A stretch of DNA of 64,000 nt from an uncultured Armatimonadetes bacterium (GCA_963716175.1 OY970296.1:4416001-4480000), one strand, 5' to 3'; positions 40,839 through 51,626 are shown, counted from the first letter of the stretch. Numbers and translations are program-made. Notes: generated from the letters alone by a model not told the origin.

Positions 40839-42734
40839 ATGGCTCCCTTCACGCTGCAGCACCGCGATACCGTCCTGCGCTACGAACCCGAATCCGGCGG
40901 CCTCTCCATCACCGTTGGCGGCGTCCGCACCCCGTGGCTGGTTGATCTCACCAAGACTGCCACCATCGAAGTGCGGCCCCTTGGCGCTGCGACCACCGAG
41001 ACGCACCGACTCCCCCTGGACGATCTCACGCTGCGCATGCTGGGCCCGCATCATCTCCAGTGGGTGGGTGCCGTCGCGGGTGCGGAGTGCGCCTTCGAGA
41101 TAGAGCTTGCGGAAGATGCCATCGTCTTCACGGTCACCCCGCTGGGGAGCGCGGAGGCGGACCTAGTGTCCGCGGTGTGGCCGGGCGGAATCTCCTTCCG
41201 CGATGAGGTGCGGGAGGTCTGCTGGTCCAACTACCAGCAGGGCGCGCTCTTCCGTGCAGACGGGCGGCCCTGGCACAAGCAGGAGGACGTGGGCCATGTG
41301 GCGATGCGGTTCTGCGGGCTGACCTCAGCCCGCTCTTCCCTGGCGATGATCGCCGAGACCTCTGCAGACGCGCGGTGGCACTTCGCGGACGACGGCCAGC
41401 ACACCATGTCCGCCCGCGTCGAGTTCCTGCCCTCCATGGGATCGCTGGCCTATGCCAGGAGGGTGCGCCTGGCGCCGCTGCGGGAGCCAGGTTACGTGCA
41501 GGTCGCGCAGGCCTTCCGCGCCTACGCCCAGCAGCACAGCTTATGGATAAGCTGGGAGGAGCGCGCTGCGCGCAACCCCTTGGCCCAGAAGCTGCAGGGC
41601 GCTTTCGTCGCCTGCGCCGGCTACTGGTTCGACGCCGGCGCAGACCAGGTAGGGGTGATGCGGCGAATGCGGGAGTACGGGTTCGAGCGAGGTTACCTGT
41701 TCTCGCCCAAGCTGCTCGTGCCCGGCGTGGCGTGGACAAGCTGGCTGGGGGTCGAGCCGAACCGTCTCACGGACGCCCAGCTTGGTGAGATCCAGTCGCT
41801 GGGCTATATCGCCGCGCCCTTCCTGCAGGTCGAAGAGGTGGACGAGAGCTTCCAGGGAGGCCGGTACTTCGCGCGCAGGGCAGACGGCGACAAGGTCAAG
41901 CGCTGGCAGATCGGGGAGTGCAGCTTCTATGAGATTGCGAAGTGGCACGTGCGCGCGACTCTTCCCCACTACGACGATCAACTGCAGACCTGTCACGGAA
42001 TCCACTTCGATACCCTCACTGCCATGCCTCTGATCGAGCATCATGGCGAGCGATCGTATGATCGGCGCGGAGACATCGCCCTGCGCTTAGAGGTGGCGGA
42101 CTACTACCGGGAGCGGGGGAAAGCCGTGGTTGCGGAGAGTCTGCGCGACTGGTCTGTGCGCATGATTGACATGGGCACCTCCAAATCCTTCTGCCCCGTA
42201 GAGGTGGGGGATCGGCGGGTGTGGATCGTGCCCCTCTCCGACCTGGTCTACCACGATTCCTGCATCCGGGTGTCGTGGGAGCACCACCCCTACGACGATG
42301 ACCGCTGTGTCCACTCGCGGCTGGAGAAGCGCTTCCATCCCTTCGGCCCCCACCTCATGAACCTGCTGACCTGTTCGCCGCCGGTGCTGTTTCCGGAGGG
42401 CATGCTCTATGAGTTCGAGCACCGCGAGGTGGTGCGGGAGGACGGAGAGAAGGAGTGGGAGGTGGTGTGGGAAAGAGCGGCTCCCTACCGCAAGCGCTTC
42501 ACCGACGAGGCCACCCAAGCAGCGCTTCCCAAGGCTCTGGAAGCCTGTCGCCTGCACGAACGCCACGGCGCTGCCAGGATGCTGTCTCACCACTTCCCGG
42601 ATACGGGCTACCGCTACCTCCAGGAAAGCGAGTTCTCCACCGGACTGCACGTCACCGCCAACTTCGGCGATGAGCCCTACACCCTCCCCGACGGGCGCAC
42701 GGTCGGGCCGCGCTCGGCGCTGGTGGAGGAGTGA
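40839..42734 (+). CDS. Putative glycoside hydrolase (GH129/GH101-like)
   Basis: 'GYVQVAQAFRAYA', 'GIHFDT', 'VPLSDLVYHD' and C-terminal 'VTANFGDEP'. Confidence 0.55.
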   Translation: MAPFTLQHRDTVLRYEPESGGLSITVGGVRTPWLVDLTKTATIEVRPLGAATTETHRLPLDDLTLRMLGPHHLQWVGAVAGAECAFEIELAEDAIVFTVTPLGSAEADLVSAVWPGGISFRDEVREVCWSNYQQGALFRADGRPWHKQEDVGHVAMRFCGLTSARSSLAMIAETSADARWHFADDGQHTMSARVEFLPSMGSLAYARRVRLAPLREPGYVQVAQAFRAYAQQHSLWISWEERAARNPLAQKLQGAFVACAGYWFDAGADQVGVMRRMREYGFERGYLFSPKLLVPGVAWTSWLGVEPNRLTDAQLGEIQSLGYIAAPFLQVEEVDESFQGGRYFARRADGDKVKRWQIGECSFYEIAKWHVRATLPHYDDQLQTCHGIHFDTLTAMPLIEHHGERSYDRRGDIALRLEVADYYRERGKAVVAESLRDWSVRMIDMGTSKSFCPVEVGDRRVWIVPLSDLVYHDSCIRVSWEHHPYDDDRCVHSRLEKRFHPFGPHLMNLLTCSPPVLFPEGMLYEFEHREVVREDGEKEWEVVWERAAPYRKRFTDEATQAALPKALEACRLHERHGAARMLSHHFPDTGYRYLQESEFSTGLHVTANFGDEPYTLPDGRTVGPRSALVEE

Positions 42735-42896
42735 AGGCGACACACCGCACTGAACGCGATCACAGCCCTGACGGGGCCACCTGGGATCAGCTCTGGGGGA
42801 TCAGTCACAAGGGCATTGGATAGGCATAGGCGCGTGGGCCCAGAGGCGGCCGATGCTCTGGTAATCGCTTGCCGTGGCGAGTAGAATAGGGCCCGT

Positions 42897-44471
42897 ATGA
42901 GACCGGGTCCGCGTGCAGTTGAGCGTTACGGTTATCTGATCGCGGCTGCTTCGGTAGTGGCCGCTACCGCGGCGTTCTACCCCGGGCGCGCGCACTTCGC
43001 GAAGGGGCAGTGGGCGCTGCTATATCTGCTGATCGTGGGCGTCGTGGCCGGCGTGAGCGGGGTCAGGCCGGCGCTCGCCGCCGCGATGCTCTCCTTCCTG
43101 GCCTGGAACTACTTCTTCTTGCCGCCTTACGGCACATTTCGCGTGGCCGATCCGAGAGACTGGCTGTCTCTCCTGGTGTTCCTGGCCGTAGGTGTGGCGA
43201 TCGGGCTCCAGACCGGCAGGCTCAGGGAGAGGGAGGCGGAGGCGCTGGCGCGAGAGCGCGAGGCCGGCCTGCTGAATCGCTTCAGCGCCCAACTCGTCTC
43301 CGATATCTCGGTGGAGGAGATGTCCAGGCGGCTGATCGCGGAAGTAGACGCCATCAGCGGCGCCAGGTGCACTGCACTGTTCCTCTGCGGCGAGCAGACA
43401 GCGCTCCAAGAATGCATCTCCTCGCCAGGAGCCGACTGCGCTCAGTTGCCCGAGGTCACCGAACTGGTGGCCTGGGTGCAGCGCCAGTCGAAGGCGATAG
43501 GCCTGCCGACACCCCCACGCAATCTGCCCGCGCAGAGGCAGGAGTGGCCGATCACGGTGGGCCACCGGGAGGCGGGAGCGCAGGGCGAAAGGCGCGATAT
43601 GTTCCTGCCGCTTCAGACCGCGACGCGACAGTCCGGTGTGCTCTACGTGGGCGAGCGCAAGGATGGCACGGCCTACACCTTCCACGATGCTCGACTGGTG
43701 GTCGCCCTCGCCTACCAGGCTTCGGTGTTCCTGGAGCGGACCTATCTCCGCTCGGTGGCGGTGCAGGCGGACGCATTGCGGGAAGCCGACCGGCTCAAGT
43801 CCACCTTGGTGTCCGCGGTCTCTCACGAGCTGAAGACGCCGCTGGCCTCACTGGAGGCAACCCTCACCAACCTGCTGGAACAGGATATGCCGCTGGAGGC
43901 GCAGCGCGTCCGGGTGGAGCTGCAGGCAGTGAAGCAGGACCTGGACCGGCTCGACAGCAGCATAGACTCGCTCTTGGACTTGTCGCGGCTGGAGGCCTCC
44001 GCCTGGGGGCCTGAGCTGGAATGGCACGAGCTGGGCGACATCGTGGGGGCCGCGCTGTCCCGCCTGGCCGAGTCCGCCGGAGTGGCCCGGGTGTCGGTGT
44101 CCTTCCCGCCTGACCTGCCGCTTATCCGCGTGGACTTCGCCCAGTGGGTGCGGGTGCTCGAGCATCTGCTGCGCAACGCGCTCGCCTACAGCGGGCCCAG
44201 CAGCCCGGTCCGTGTGGGCGCATCGCTGACCGCCACGGAAGTGCGGGTGTGGGTGGAGGACGAAGGCCCAGGGATCGCGCCGGACGAGCGGGAGCAGATC
44301 TTCGCCAAGTTCTACCGGGGCCAGTCGGCCCGCCTGGGGCGGGCCCCTTCGGGAACTGGGTTGGGACTGGCGATCACCCGCGAGATCGTCCGCTTCCACG
44401 GGGGCAGAGTCTGGGTGGAGGACGTAGTCCCGCACGGGGCGCGTTTCGTGATCGCCATCCCCAGAGAGTAA
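42897..44471 (+). CDS. kdpD: KdpD membrane histidine kinase half (DUF4118 TMs, GAF, HisKA, HATPase)
   Basis: 'WNYFFLPPYGTF', 'VSHELKTPL', 'DEGPGI' and 'GTGLGLAI'. Lacks the N-terminal sensor domain. Confidence 0.88.
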   Translation: MRPGPRAVERYGYLIAAASVVAATAAFYPGRAHFAKGQWALLYLLIVGVVAGVSGVRPALAAAMLSFLAWNYFFLPPYGTFRVADPRDWLSLLVFLAVGVAIGLQTGRLREREAEALAREREAGLLNRFSAQLVSDISVEEMSRRLIAEVDAISGARCTALFLCGEQTALQECISSPGADCAQLPEVTELVAWVQRQSKAIGLPTPPRNLPAQRQEWPITVGHREAGAQGERRDMFLPLQTATRQSGVLYVGERKDGTAYTFHDARLVVALAYQASVFLERTYLRSVAVQADALREADRLKSTLVSAVSHELKTPLASLEATLTNLLEQDMPLEAQRVRVELQAVKQDLDRLDSSIDSLLDLSRLEASAWGPELEWHELGDIVGAALSRLAESAGVARVSVSFPPDLPLIRVDFAQWVRVLEHLLRNALAYSGPSSPVRVGASLTATEVRVWVEDEGPGIAPDEREQIFAKFYRGQSARLGRAPSGTGLGLAITREIVRFHGGRVWVEDVVPHGARFVIAIPRE

Positions 44472-44490
44472 GCCGCCGCTGAGCGCACAG

Positions 44491-45189
44491 ATGGGTGCTC
44501 CGGAGAAGCCAGCCAGAATACTGGTCGTTGACGATGAGGCCCAGATCCGCCGCGCCCTGGGCTCGATCCTCTCCACGCGGGGATACGAGGTGCTCTTCGC
44601 CTCCCAGGGCGCGGAGGGACTCGACCTCGCCATCGAGCATAATCCCGACCTGGTGATACTCGATCTGGCCATGCCCGAGATGGGAGGGCTGGAGTTGTGC
44701 CGCGAGCTGCGCACCTGGTACACCGCCCCCATCCTGGTGCTCAGTGTGAAGGGCAGCGAGGCCGACAAGATCGCTGCTCTTGACCTGGGGGCCGATGACT
44801 ACGTCACCAAACCCTTCTCGGCCGGCGAGTTGCTGGCCCGCGTCCGCGCCCTGCTGCGGCGCGCCGCCGGCCAGACCGCGCCCCGGCCGGTGATCGCTGC
44901 CGGCGACCTGGAGATAGACATCGCACAGCGGCGAGTCAGGCGCGCCGGACAGGAGATCGAGCTCACCCGGATTGAGTTCGATATCCTGGCCTACCTGGCC
45001 CAGAACGCTGACTGCGTCGTCACCTCCAAGATGATACTGGAGCGAGTCTGGGGCCCAGAGTACAGCGCGGACACCCAGACCCTGCGGGTCCATATCAGCC
45101 ATCTGCGCAAGAAGATCGAACCCCACCCCTCCGTCCCCCGCTACCTCCTCACCGAGCCGGGCGTAGGTTTCCGCCTCTCCACCTCCTGA
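44491..45189 (+). CDS. kdpE: KdpE response regulator
   Basis: Receiver domain plus OmpR wHTH; 'ALDLGADDYVTKPF' and 'PRYLLTEPGVGFR'. Confidence 0.92.
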   Translation: MGAPEKPARILVVDDEAQIRRALGSILSTRGYEVLFASQGAEGLDLAIEHNPDLVILDLAMPEMGGLELCRELRTWYTAPILVLSVKGSEADKIAALDLGADDYVTKPFSAGELLARVRALLRRAAGQTAPRPVIAAGDLEIDIAQRRVRRAGQEIELTRIEFDILAYLAQNADCVVTSKMILERVWGPEYSADTQTLRVHISHLRKKIEPHPSVPRYLLTEPGVGFRLSTS

Positions 45190-45248
45190 TCCCATCACCC
45201 TACAAGCCGCCGACACTACACAGTATCTTAACGGCGGCCGCTCCTGCC

Positions 45249-45270
45249 TTCATGCCGCCTTTACACCCCG
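45249..45270 (+). promoter_or_regulatory. KdpE-box-like direct repeat
   Basis: TTCATG-N5-TTTACACCCCG, with half-sites 11 bp apart. Resembles the E. coli kdpFABC site TTTATA-N5-TTTACACCCCG. Confidence 0.6.
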
Positions 45271-45301
45271 AGGGGTAGTATCCGGAAGACGGTAGGGAGG
45301 C

Positions 45302-45817
45302 ATGAAAATGGCATCACCAGCACACCCTTCTCTTGACGGGGCATTGCTCGCCCTGGTGTTCGCCAGCGTCCTGTTCGCGGCGCTGTGGATGTTGAGGACG
45401 TCCCAGGCGTCGGCAGAGGCAGAGGGCGCCGGCCGATCGCCGGACAGGGCCAGTGTGATCCTGGTGCCAGTCACGAGTTCTAGCGAGTCGCAGCGCCGGG
45501 TGGAGCTGGCCTGCCAGTTGGCCCGGGAGCGGCGCGCCACGCTCCTGCTCGTGTACCTGATTGAGGTCCCGTGGACGCTGCCATTGGATGCTACGCTGGA
45601 GCAGGCGGACCAGGAGGCGCGAGCGGCGCTGGAGACCGCTCGGGAAGTGGCGGCGCGACACACGGTGCCAGTTGAGACCGTGGTCCAGCGAACCCGGGTA
45701 GCGCGAGACGGCATTGCAGCGGCCGCAAAGCGCCATCAGGTTGATCTGGTTTTCGACGGTCGCGGCCCGCGAGAGAGGCGCTGGCGTCCTGCCTGGGGGC
45801 GGCCGGGGCCAAGGTAG
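45302..45817 (+). CDS. Universal stress protein with N-terminal TM (C-terminus possibly degenerate)
   Basis: 'ILVPV...VELACQLARE..ATLLLVYLIEVPWTLPLDA...VDLV'. Confidence 0.7.
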   Translation: MKMASPAHPSLDGALLALVFASVLFAALWMLRTSQASAEAEGAGRSPDRASVILVPVTSSSESQRRVELACQLARERRATLLLVYLIEVPWTLPLDATLEQADQEARAALETAREVAARHTVPVETVVQRTRVARDGIAAAAKRHQVDLVFDGRGPRERRWRPAWGRPGPR

Positions 45818-45822
45818 ACATC

Positions 45823-45918
45823 ATGGCCGACGCCGGCTTGCTGCTTCTGACTTTCGCGTTCCTGGGCTTCAGCCTCTGGTACGTGCGCGCCCTGGACAGG
45901 CTATCGCGGGGAGGCTGA
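45823..45918 (+). CDS. 31-aa single-TM protein preceding kdpF
   Basis: Translated by hand as MADAGLLLLTFAFLGFSLWYVRALDRLSRGG; below the ORF-track length cut-off. Confidence 0.65.
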   Translation: MADAGLLLLTFAFLGFSLWYVRALDRLSRGG

Positions 45919-45919
45919 C

Positions 45920-46009
45920 GTGAACGTCGAGTACCTGGTCAACGGGGCGATTGCATTGGGTCTGCTCCTCTACCTGGGGTACGCACTGCTGAAGCCTGAG
46001 CGGCTGTAG
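45920..46009 (+). CDS. kdpF: KdpF small subunit
   Basis: GTG start after GGAGG. MNVEYLVNGAIALGLLLYLGYALLKPERL matches the YL.YALL.PE.F/L signature. Confidence 0.9.
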   Translation: MNVEYLVNGAIALGLLLYLGYALLKPERL

Positions 46010-46031
46010 CACTGCTGAGTGGTGGGATGAG

Positions 46032-47759
46032 ATGCGCACGGGCGATATCCTGCAGTTACTCCTGTTCCTGGTTCTCCTGCTCCTGCTGACCCGGCCCCTG
46101 GGCCGCTATATGGCGCGGGTCTTCTCGGGGGAGAGGACTCTTCTCAGCCCCATCCTGGGTCCGCTCGAGGGCTTGATTTACCGGCTCTGCCACATTGATC
46201 CAGCGAGCGAGATGCGCTGGACCACCTACACCGCGACCATGCTGCTGTTCAACTTCTGCGGTCTGTTCTTGCTCTACCTCATCCTCAGGTTGCAGCAGTT
46301 CCATCCCTGGAACCCGCAGCAGTTCAGGGGAATGCGCCCTGACCTCGCGTTCAACACCGCGGTCAGCTTCGCCACCAACACCAACTGGCAGGCCTATGCC
46401 GGGGAGAGCACCGTCACCTACTTCACGCAGATGGCCGGGTTAGCCTACCACAACTTCGTGTCCGCAGCCACGGGGATCGCGCTGGCCGTCGCCCTCATCC
46501 GCGGCCTCACCCGCCGCAGCGGCCGGGAGATCGGCAACTTCTGGGTGGACCTCACGCGGTGCTGCGTCTACCTCCTTCTGCCGCTCTCGATCCTGGGAGC
46601 GCTGGCACTGGTGTGGCAGGGCTGCATTCAGAACCTATCCCCCTATGTCACTGTCACTACCCTGGAAGGCGCCCGGCGGCTCATCGCGCAAGGGCCTGTG
46701 GCCTCCCAGGAAATCATCAAGGAGCTGGGCACGAACGGCGGCGGCTTCTTCAACGCGAACTCCGCCCACCCATTCGAGAACCCGACTCCTCTGACCAACT
46801 TCATCGAGATGCTGGCCATCTTGTGCATCCCAGCAGCGCTGACCTACACGTTCGGCCTCTACGCGCGGAACCAGCGGCAGGGCTGGGCGCTGTTCGCCGC
46901 CATGGTGGTGCTCTTCCTGACCGCCTTTGCCGTCGTCTACACCAGCGAGCAGGCTGGGAACCCCATCCTGTCCCACCTCGGCGTGAACCAGGTCGCGAGC
47001 ACGACTCAACCGGGCGGTAACATGGAGGGGAAAGAAGTGCGCTTCGGCATCCTCAACTCCGCCCTGTGGGCAACCACCACCACCGACACCTCTTGCGGCG
47101 CGGTGAACGCGATGCACGACAGCCTGACGCCACTGGCGGGCGGCATGGTGATGCTCAACATCGCCCTCGGCGAGATCGTCTTCGGCGGCGTCGGCACCGG
47201 ACTGATGGGCATGCTCGTCTTCGCCATGCTCGCGGTCTTCATCGCCGGGCTCATGGTCGGGCGCACCCCCGAGTACCTCGGAAAGAAGATTGAAGCGAAG
47301 GAGATGAAGCTGGCGATGCTCGCGGTGCTGGTGCTGGAGGCGAGCATCCTCTGCGTTGGCGCGCTGGCCGTGGCGATGCCGGCCGGGCTCGCGGGCCGGC
47401 TCAACTCCGGGCCGCACGGATTGAGCGAGATCCTCTACGCCGCCAGTTCGGCCACCGGAAACAATGGCAGCGCCTTCGCCGGGCTCAACGCCAACACGCC
47501 CTTCTACAGCATCACCCTGGCGCTGGCGATGCTGGCGGGGCGGTTCTTCTTCATCATCCCGGTGATGGCCATTGCCGGGTCCGTGATCGAGAAGAAGACC
47601 GTGCCGGAGTCCAGCGGTACTCTTCCGACGACCGGGTGGCTGTTCGTAGCGCTGCTGGTCGGAGTGATCCTGATTGTCGCAGCGCTGACCTTCTTCCCGG
47701 CCTACGGCCTCGGCCCGGTGGTCGAGCACCTGATGATGCAGACCGGCAGGCTGTACTAG
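46032..47759 (+). CDS. kdpA: K+-transporting ATPase subunit A
   Basis: 'FNTAVSFATNTNWQAY', 'LGTNGGGFFNANSAHPFENP' and 'NNGSAFAGL'. Confidence 0.97.
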   Translation: MRTGDILQLLLFLVLLLLLTRPLGRYMARVFSGERTLLSPILGPLEGLIYRLCHIDPASEMRWTTYTATMLLFNFCGLFLLYLILRLQQFHPWNPQQFRGMRPDLAFNTAVSFATNTNWQAYAGESTVTYFTQMAGLAYHNFVSAATGIALAVALIRGLTRRSGREIGNFWVDLTRCCVYLLLPLSILGALALVWQGCIQNLSPYVTVTTLEGARRLIAQGPVASQEIIKELGTNGGGFFNANSAHPFENPTPLTNFIEMLAILCIPAALTYTFGLYARNQRQGWALFAAMVVLFLTAFAVVYTSEQAGNPILSHLGVNQVASTTQPGGNMEGKEVRFGILNSALWATTTTDTSCGAVNAMHDSLTPLAGGMVMLNIALGEIVFGGVGTGLMGMLVFAMLAVFIAGLMVGRTPEYLGKKIEAKEMKLAMLAVLVLEASILCVGALAVAMPAGLAGRLNSGPHGLSEILYAASSATGNNGSAFAGLNANTPFYSITLALAMLAGRFFFIIPVMAIAGSVIEKKTVPESSGTLPTTGWLFVALLVGVILIVAALTFFPAYGLGPVVEHLMMQTGRLY

Positions 47760-47774
47760 CAGGAGTTGCCTCCG

Positions 47775-49886
47775 ATGACCGCTACCCATGACTCCCCACG
47801 TGGCCATCTTGTCGAGGAGCACGCGCTGACGCCAGTGCACGCTACGCCCTCCGCGCGCAGGCCGCGGCGCCAGTTCTCCATCGCGCACCTGATCAAGCAG
47901 GCGGCCATTGACAGCTTCAGGAAGCTGCATCCGGCGGTGATGATCCACAATCCGGTGATGTTCGTCACCGAGGTGGGAAGCATCATCTCCAGCTACTACT
48001 TCCTGGCTTCTCTGCTCTCTGGATCGGCTGAAGCGGGCTTCTTAGGAGGCATTGCCGCCTGGCTCTGGTTCACGGTGCTGTTCGCCAACTTCGCCGAGGC
48101 GATGGCGGAGGGACGCGGCAAGGCTCAGGCCGACACCTTGCGCAAGATGAAGACCGAAACCGTGGCCAATCGCGTGGTTGACGGCAGGACGGAGAGAATC
48201 CCGGCGGCGAAGCTGCGCAGAGACGACGTGGTCTTGGTCTCGGCGGGCGAGATCATCCCGGGCGACGGCGAGGTGATCGCGGGCATTGCCTCGGTGGATG
48301 AGTCCGCCATCACCGGCGAGTCCGCGCCTGTGATCAGGGAGAGCGGGGGAGATCGGAGCGCAGTCACTGGCGGCACCAAAGTCCTGTCTGATGAGATCAA
48401 GGTGCGCATCACTTCGGAGCCCGGACAGACGTTTCTCGATCGCATGATCGCGCTGGTGGAGGGCGCCTCCCGTCAGAAGACGCCCAACGAGATCGCCCTC
48501 AGCATCCTGCTCGCCGGTCTCACCATCATCTTCCTGCTGGTGGTGGTAACACTGCTGCCCTTCGCCATCTACTCCGGCCGCCCGGTGCCCATCACCATAC
48601 TGATCGCGCTGCTGGTGTGTCTGATGCCCACCACCATCGGCGGCCTGCTCTCCGCCATTGGCATCGCCGGCATGGATCGGTTGGTGAAGCACAACGTCCT
48701 CGCTATGTCCGGCCGTGCCGTGGAGGCGGCAGGGGATGTGGACACCTTGCTGCTGGACAAGACGGGAACCATTACGCTGGGCAACCGTCAGGCCGCTGAG
48801 TTCATCGCAGTTGACGGATATACGCAGGCGGAGGTGGCCGATGCTGCTCAGCTCGCCTCCCTCAGTGACGAGACCCCGGAGGGCCGTTCGGTGGTGGTGC
48901 TGGCAAAGCAGTTCGGCATCCGGGAGCGACATCTCCATCCCGCGGAGGCCGAGTTCATACCATTCTCCGCTCACACGCGCATGAGCGGTATTGACCTGCG
49001 CGGGCACAGGATCCGGAAGGGAGCCGCCGACGCCGTCCGCGCCTGGGTGGAGGCGCAGGGCGGAGCCATGCCCACTGGCTTGCAGCCTATCGTCGCCAAC
49101 ATCGCCAACCGCGGCGGCACGCCATTGGCCGTGGCCCGGGATAAGCAAGTCCTGGGCGTCGTTCACCTCAAGGATGTGGTCAAGGGAGGGATTCGCGAGC
49201 GGTTCCAGCAACTGCGTGCCATGGGCATCCGCACCGTCATGATCACGGGCGACAACCCCCTCACGGCGGCCGCCATCGCGAAAGAGGCCGGGGTGGATGA
49301 CTTCCTGGCCCAGGCCACTCCGGAGAACAAGATGGACCTGATCAAGCGCGAGCAGTCGCAGGGGAAGCTGGTCGCCATGACCGGCGACGGCACCAACGAC
49401 GCCCCTGCCCTGGCGCAGGCTGACGTGGGAGTGGCCATGAATACCGGCACCATGGCGGCGAAGGAGGCCGGCAACATGGTTGACCTGGACTCGAACCCCA
49501 CCAAGCTGATCGAGGTGGTGGCGATCGGGAAGCAACTGCTGATCACGCGGGGCGCGCTGACCACGTTCAGCATCGCCAACGACGTCGCCAAGTATTTCGC
49601 CATCCTCCCGGCGATCTTCACCCGCGCCTATCCCGCGCTGGCCGCGCTCAACATCATGCGCCTGCATTCCCCCCACAGCGCCATTCTGTCCGCGGTCATC
49701 TTCAACGCGCTGATCATCGTGGCCTTGATCCCGCTGGCGCTAAGGGGGGTGAAGTATCGGCCGGCGCGCGCCGAAGCACTGCTGCGGCATAACCTGTTGG
49801 TATATGGGCTCGGCGGGCTGATGGCGCCCTTCTTCGGCATCAAACTGCTAGACCTGATTCTGATTGCGACGGGGCTTGGGAGCTGA
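47775..49886 (+). CDS. kdpB: K+-transporting ATPase subunit B
   Basis: 'TGES', 'DKTGT' and '[14 protein letters not shown]'. Confidence 0.97.
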   Translation: MTATHDSPRGHLVEEHALTPVHATPSARRPRRQFSIAHLIKQAAIDSFRKLHPAVMIHNPVMFVTEVGSIISSYYFLASLLSGSAEAGFLGGIAAWLWFTVLFANFAEAMAEGRGKAQADTLRKMKTETVANRVVDGRTERIPAAKLRRDDVVLVSAGEIIPGDGEVIAGIASVDESAITGESAPVIRESGGDRSAVTGGTKVLSDEIKVRITSEPGQTFLDRMIALVEGASRQKTPNEIALSILLAGLTIIFLLVVVTLLPFAIYSGRPVPITILIALLVCLMPTTIGGLLSAIGIAGMDRLVKHNVLAMSGRAVEAAGDVDTLLLDKTGTITLGNRQAAEFIAVDGYTQAEVADAAQLASLSDETPEGRSVVVLAKQFGIRERHLHPAEAEFIPFSAHTRMSGIDLRGHRIRKGAADAVRAWVEAQGGAMPTGLQPIVANIANRGGTPLAVARDKQVLGVVHLKDVVKGGIRERFQQLRAMGIRTVMITGDNPLTAAAIAKEAGVDDFLAQATPENKMDLIKREQSQGKLVAMTGDGTNDAPALAQADVGVAMNTGTMAAKEAGNMVDLDSNPTKLIEVVAIGKQLLITRGALTTFSIANDVAKYFAILPAIFTRAYPALAALNIMRLHSPHSAILSAVIFNALIIVALIPLALRGVKYRPARAEALLRHNLLVYGLGGLMAPFFGIKLLDLILIATGLGS

Positions 49887-49899
49887 AGAGGTGAGCAGC

Positions 49900-50487
49900 A
49901 TGTGGCGACATACACTCGTGGCAATCCGTCTGGTGCTGGTGACCACGGCGCTGCTCGGGCTGATCTATCCGCTCCTCATCACCGGCCTGGCTCAGCTCAT
50001 CTTCCCGCGCCAGGCCAATGGCAGCATGATCACTCTGGGCGGGCGCGTGATCGGCTCGCAGCTGATCGGCCAGCAGTTCACCCGGCCCGAGTACTTCCAC
50101 CCTCGCCCCTCGGCGGCGGGCAGCGGGTACGACCCCACTGCTTCAGGCGGCTCGAACCTGGGCCCGACCAGCAGGAGATTGGCGGCACAGGTGGCCGCCC
50201 GCGTGGCCGAGCAGGCAGAAGAGAATCCAGGGCTGAGGCCCGGTAATATCCCTGCGGACATGGTGACGACCTCCGCCAGCGGCCTTGACCCCGACATCTC
50301 GGCGGCAAACGCCTACTCGCAAGTGAGAAGGGTGGCCGAAGCCCGGCACATGAACCAGGATAGGGTGGCGAAGCTGTTGGCGTCCCACTTGATCGGGCGG
50401 CAGTTCGGCTTACTCGGCGAGCCACGGGCGAATGTGCTCCGGCTCAACCTCGCGCTCGACGCCGCCAGTGGAGACAGTCGGCGATGA
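49900..50487 (+). CDS. kdpC: K+-transporting ATPase subunit C
   Basis: 'GSQLIGQQF', 'YFHPRPSA', 'SGGSNLGP' and 'SASGLDPDIS'. Confidence 0.95.
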   Translation: MWRHTLVAIRLVLVTTALLGLIYPLLITGLAQLIFPRQANGSMITLGGRVIGSQLIGQQFTRPEYFHPRPSAAGSGYDPTASGGSNLGPTSRRLAAQVAARVAEQAEENPGLRPGNIPADMVTTSASGLDPDISAANAYSQVRRVAEARHMNQDRVAKLLASHLIGRQFGLLGEPRANVLRLNLALDAASGDSRR

Positions 50488-51626
50488 CGCAAGAGGAAGC
50501 GATAGCCACGGAGAGCAGCCCCGCCAGACCGCGGGGGAAGCTCAAGATCTTCCTCGGCGCGGTTGCGGGCGTGGGCAAGACCTACCGCATGCTGGCGGAG
50601 GCCCACCGGCGGGTGTCCCGGGGCGAGGACGTGGTGATCGGCCTAGTGGAGACACACGGGCGGTCCGCCACCGAGGAACTCCTCCGGGGGCTGGAGCAGG
50701 TCCCCCGGAAGGCCATCGCATACCGGGACAAGACCTTCTATGAGCTCGACGTGGAGGCCGTGCTCGGGCGCAGGCCCGAGTGGGTGCTGATAGACGAGCT
50801 GGCCCATACCAACGTGCCCGGCATGACTCCGCCGAAGCGCTGGCAGAGCGCGGAGCAGATCCGGGACGCTGGTATCAGCGTGATCTCAACCCTCAACATC
50901 CAGCACTTGGAGAGCCTGAACGACGCAGTTTTCGAGATCACCGGCGTGCGGGTGCGCGAGACGATCCCCGACGCGATTGTGGACACCGCCGAGGAGGTGG
51001 AGCTGGAGGATCTCACTCCGGACGCACTCATCAACCGTCTCAAGCGCGGCGACATCTACCGCGGGGAGAAGATCCCGCAGGCCCTGGCCAACTTCTTCCG
51101 CAAGGGGAACATCGTGGCGCTCCGCGAGCTGGCGCTGCGCAAGACCGTAGATGAAGTGGACACAGAGCTCCACGACTACATGAGAACCCACCACATGGGC
51201 CAGGGCAAGGCCGCCCACGAGCATATCACCGTCTTGGTCGGCCCCCGTCCATTTGCGACCAGGCTGGTTCGCCGCGGGTACCGACTGGCAAAGCGGATGC
51301 AGGGCACCTTCAGCACCGTCCATGTACGCGTGCCCGGGGCCACCTTGAGCAAGGGCGAGGAGGCCCTGTTAGACGAGGCCTACGATCTCACCCGGAACCT
51401 GGGGGGCCAGGCGGTCGAGCTCTACGGCGACTCGGTCGCCGATGAGATCATCCGGCACGTCAAGGACGCCGGAACCACATTCATTGTGATGGGCCAGTCA
51501 GCTCGCAGCCGCCTGGAGGAGATCATCCGCGGCTCCATCATCAATCGCATCATGCGCGAGACCAGAAGCATGGATATCGTGGTCGTGGCTGACGCGGCTG
51601 AGGGCAGCCCGGAGGCAGCGGAGTAG
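50484..51626 (+). CDS. kdpD: Stand-alone KdpD N-terminal sensor plus Usp domain
   Basis: 'RGKLKIFLGAVAGVGKTY', 'DELAHTN' and 'NIQHLESLND'. No TM or kinase domain. Confidence 0.92.
   Translation: MTQEEAIATESSPARPRGKLKIFLGAVAGVGKTYRMLAEAHRRVSRGEDVVIGLVETHGRSATEELLRGLEQVPRKAIAYRDKTFYELDVEAVLGRRPEWVLIDELAHTNVPGMTPPKRWQSAEQIRDAGISVISTLNIQHLESLNDAVFEITGVRVRETIPDAIVDTAEEVELEDLTPDALINRLKRGDIYRGEKIPQALANFFRKGNIVALRELALRKTVDEVDTELHDYMRTHHMGQGKAAHEHITVLVGPRPFATRLVRRGYRLAKRMQGTFSTVHVRVPGATLSKGEEALLDEAYDLTRNLGGQAVELYGDSVADEIIRHVKDAGTTFIVMGQSARSRLEEIIRGSIINRIMRETRSMDIVVVADAAEGSPEAAE

Noticed and set aside
46364-46375. 12-nt match (CAGCTTCGCCAC) between spacer 5 and kdpA
   Set aside because: It covers the seed-side end but is mid-gene, and a 12-nt GC-rich match is plausible by chance in 64 kb. 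The PAM is unknown, so it cannot be supported.
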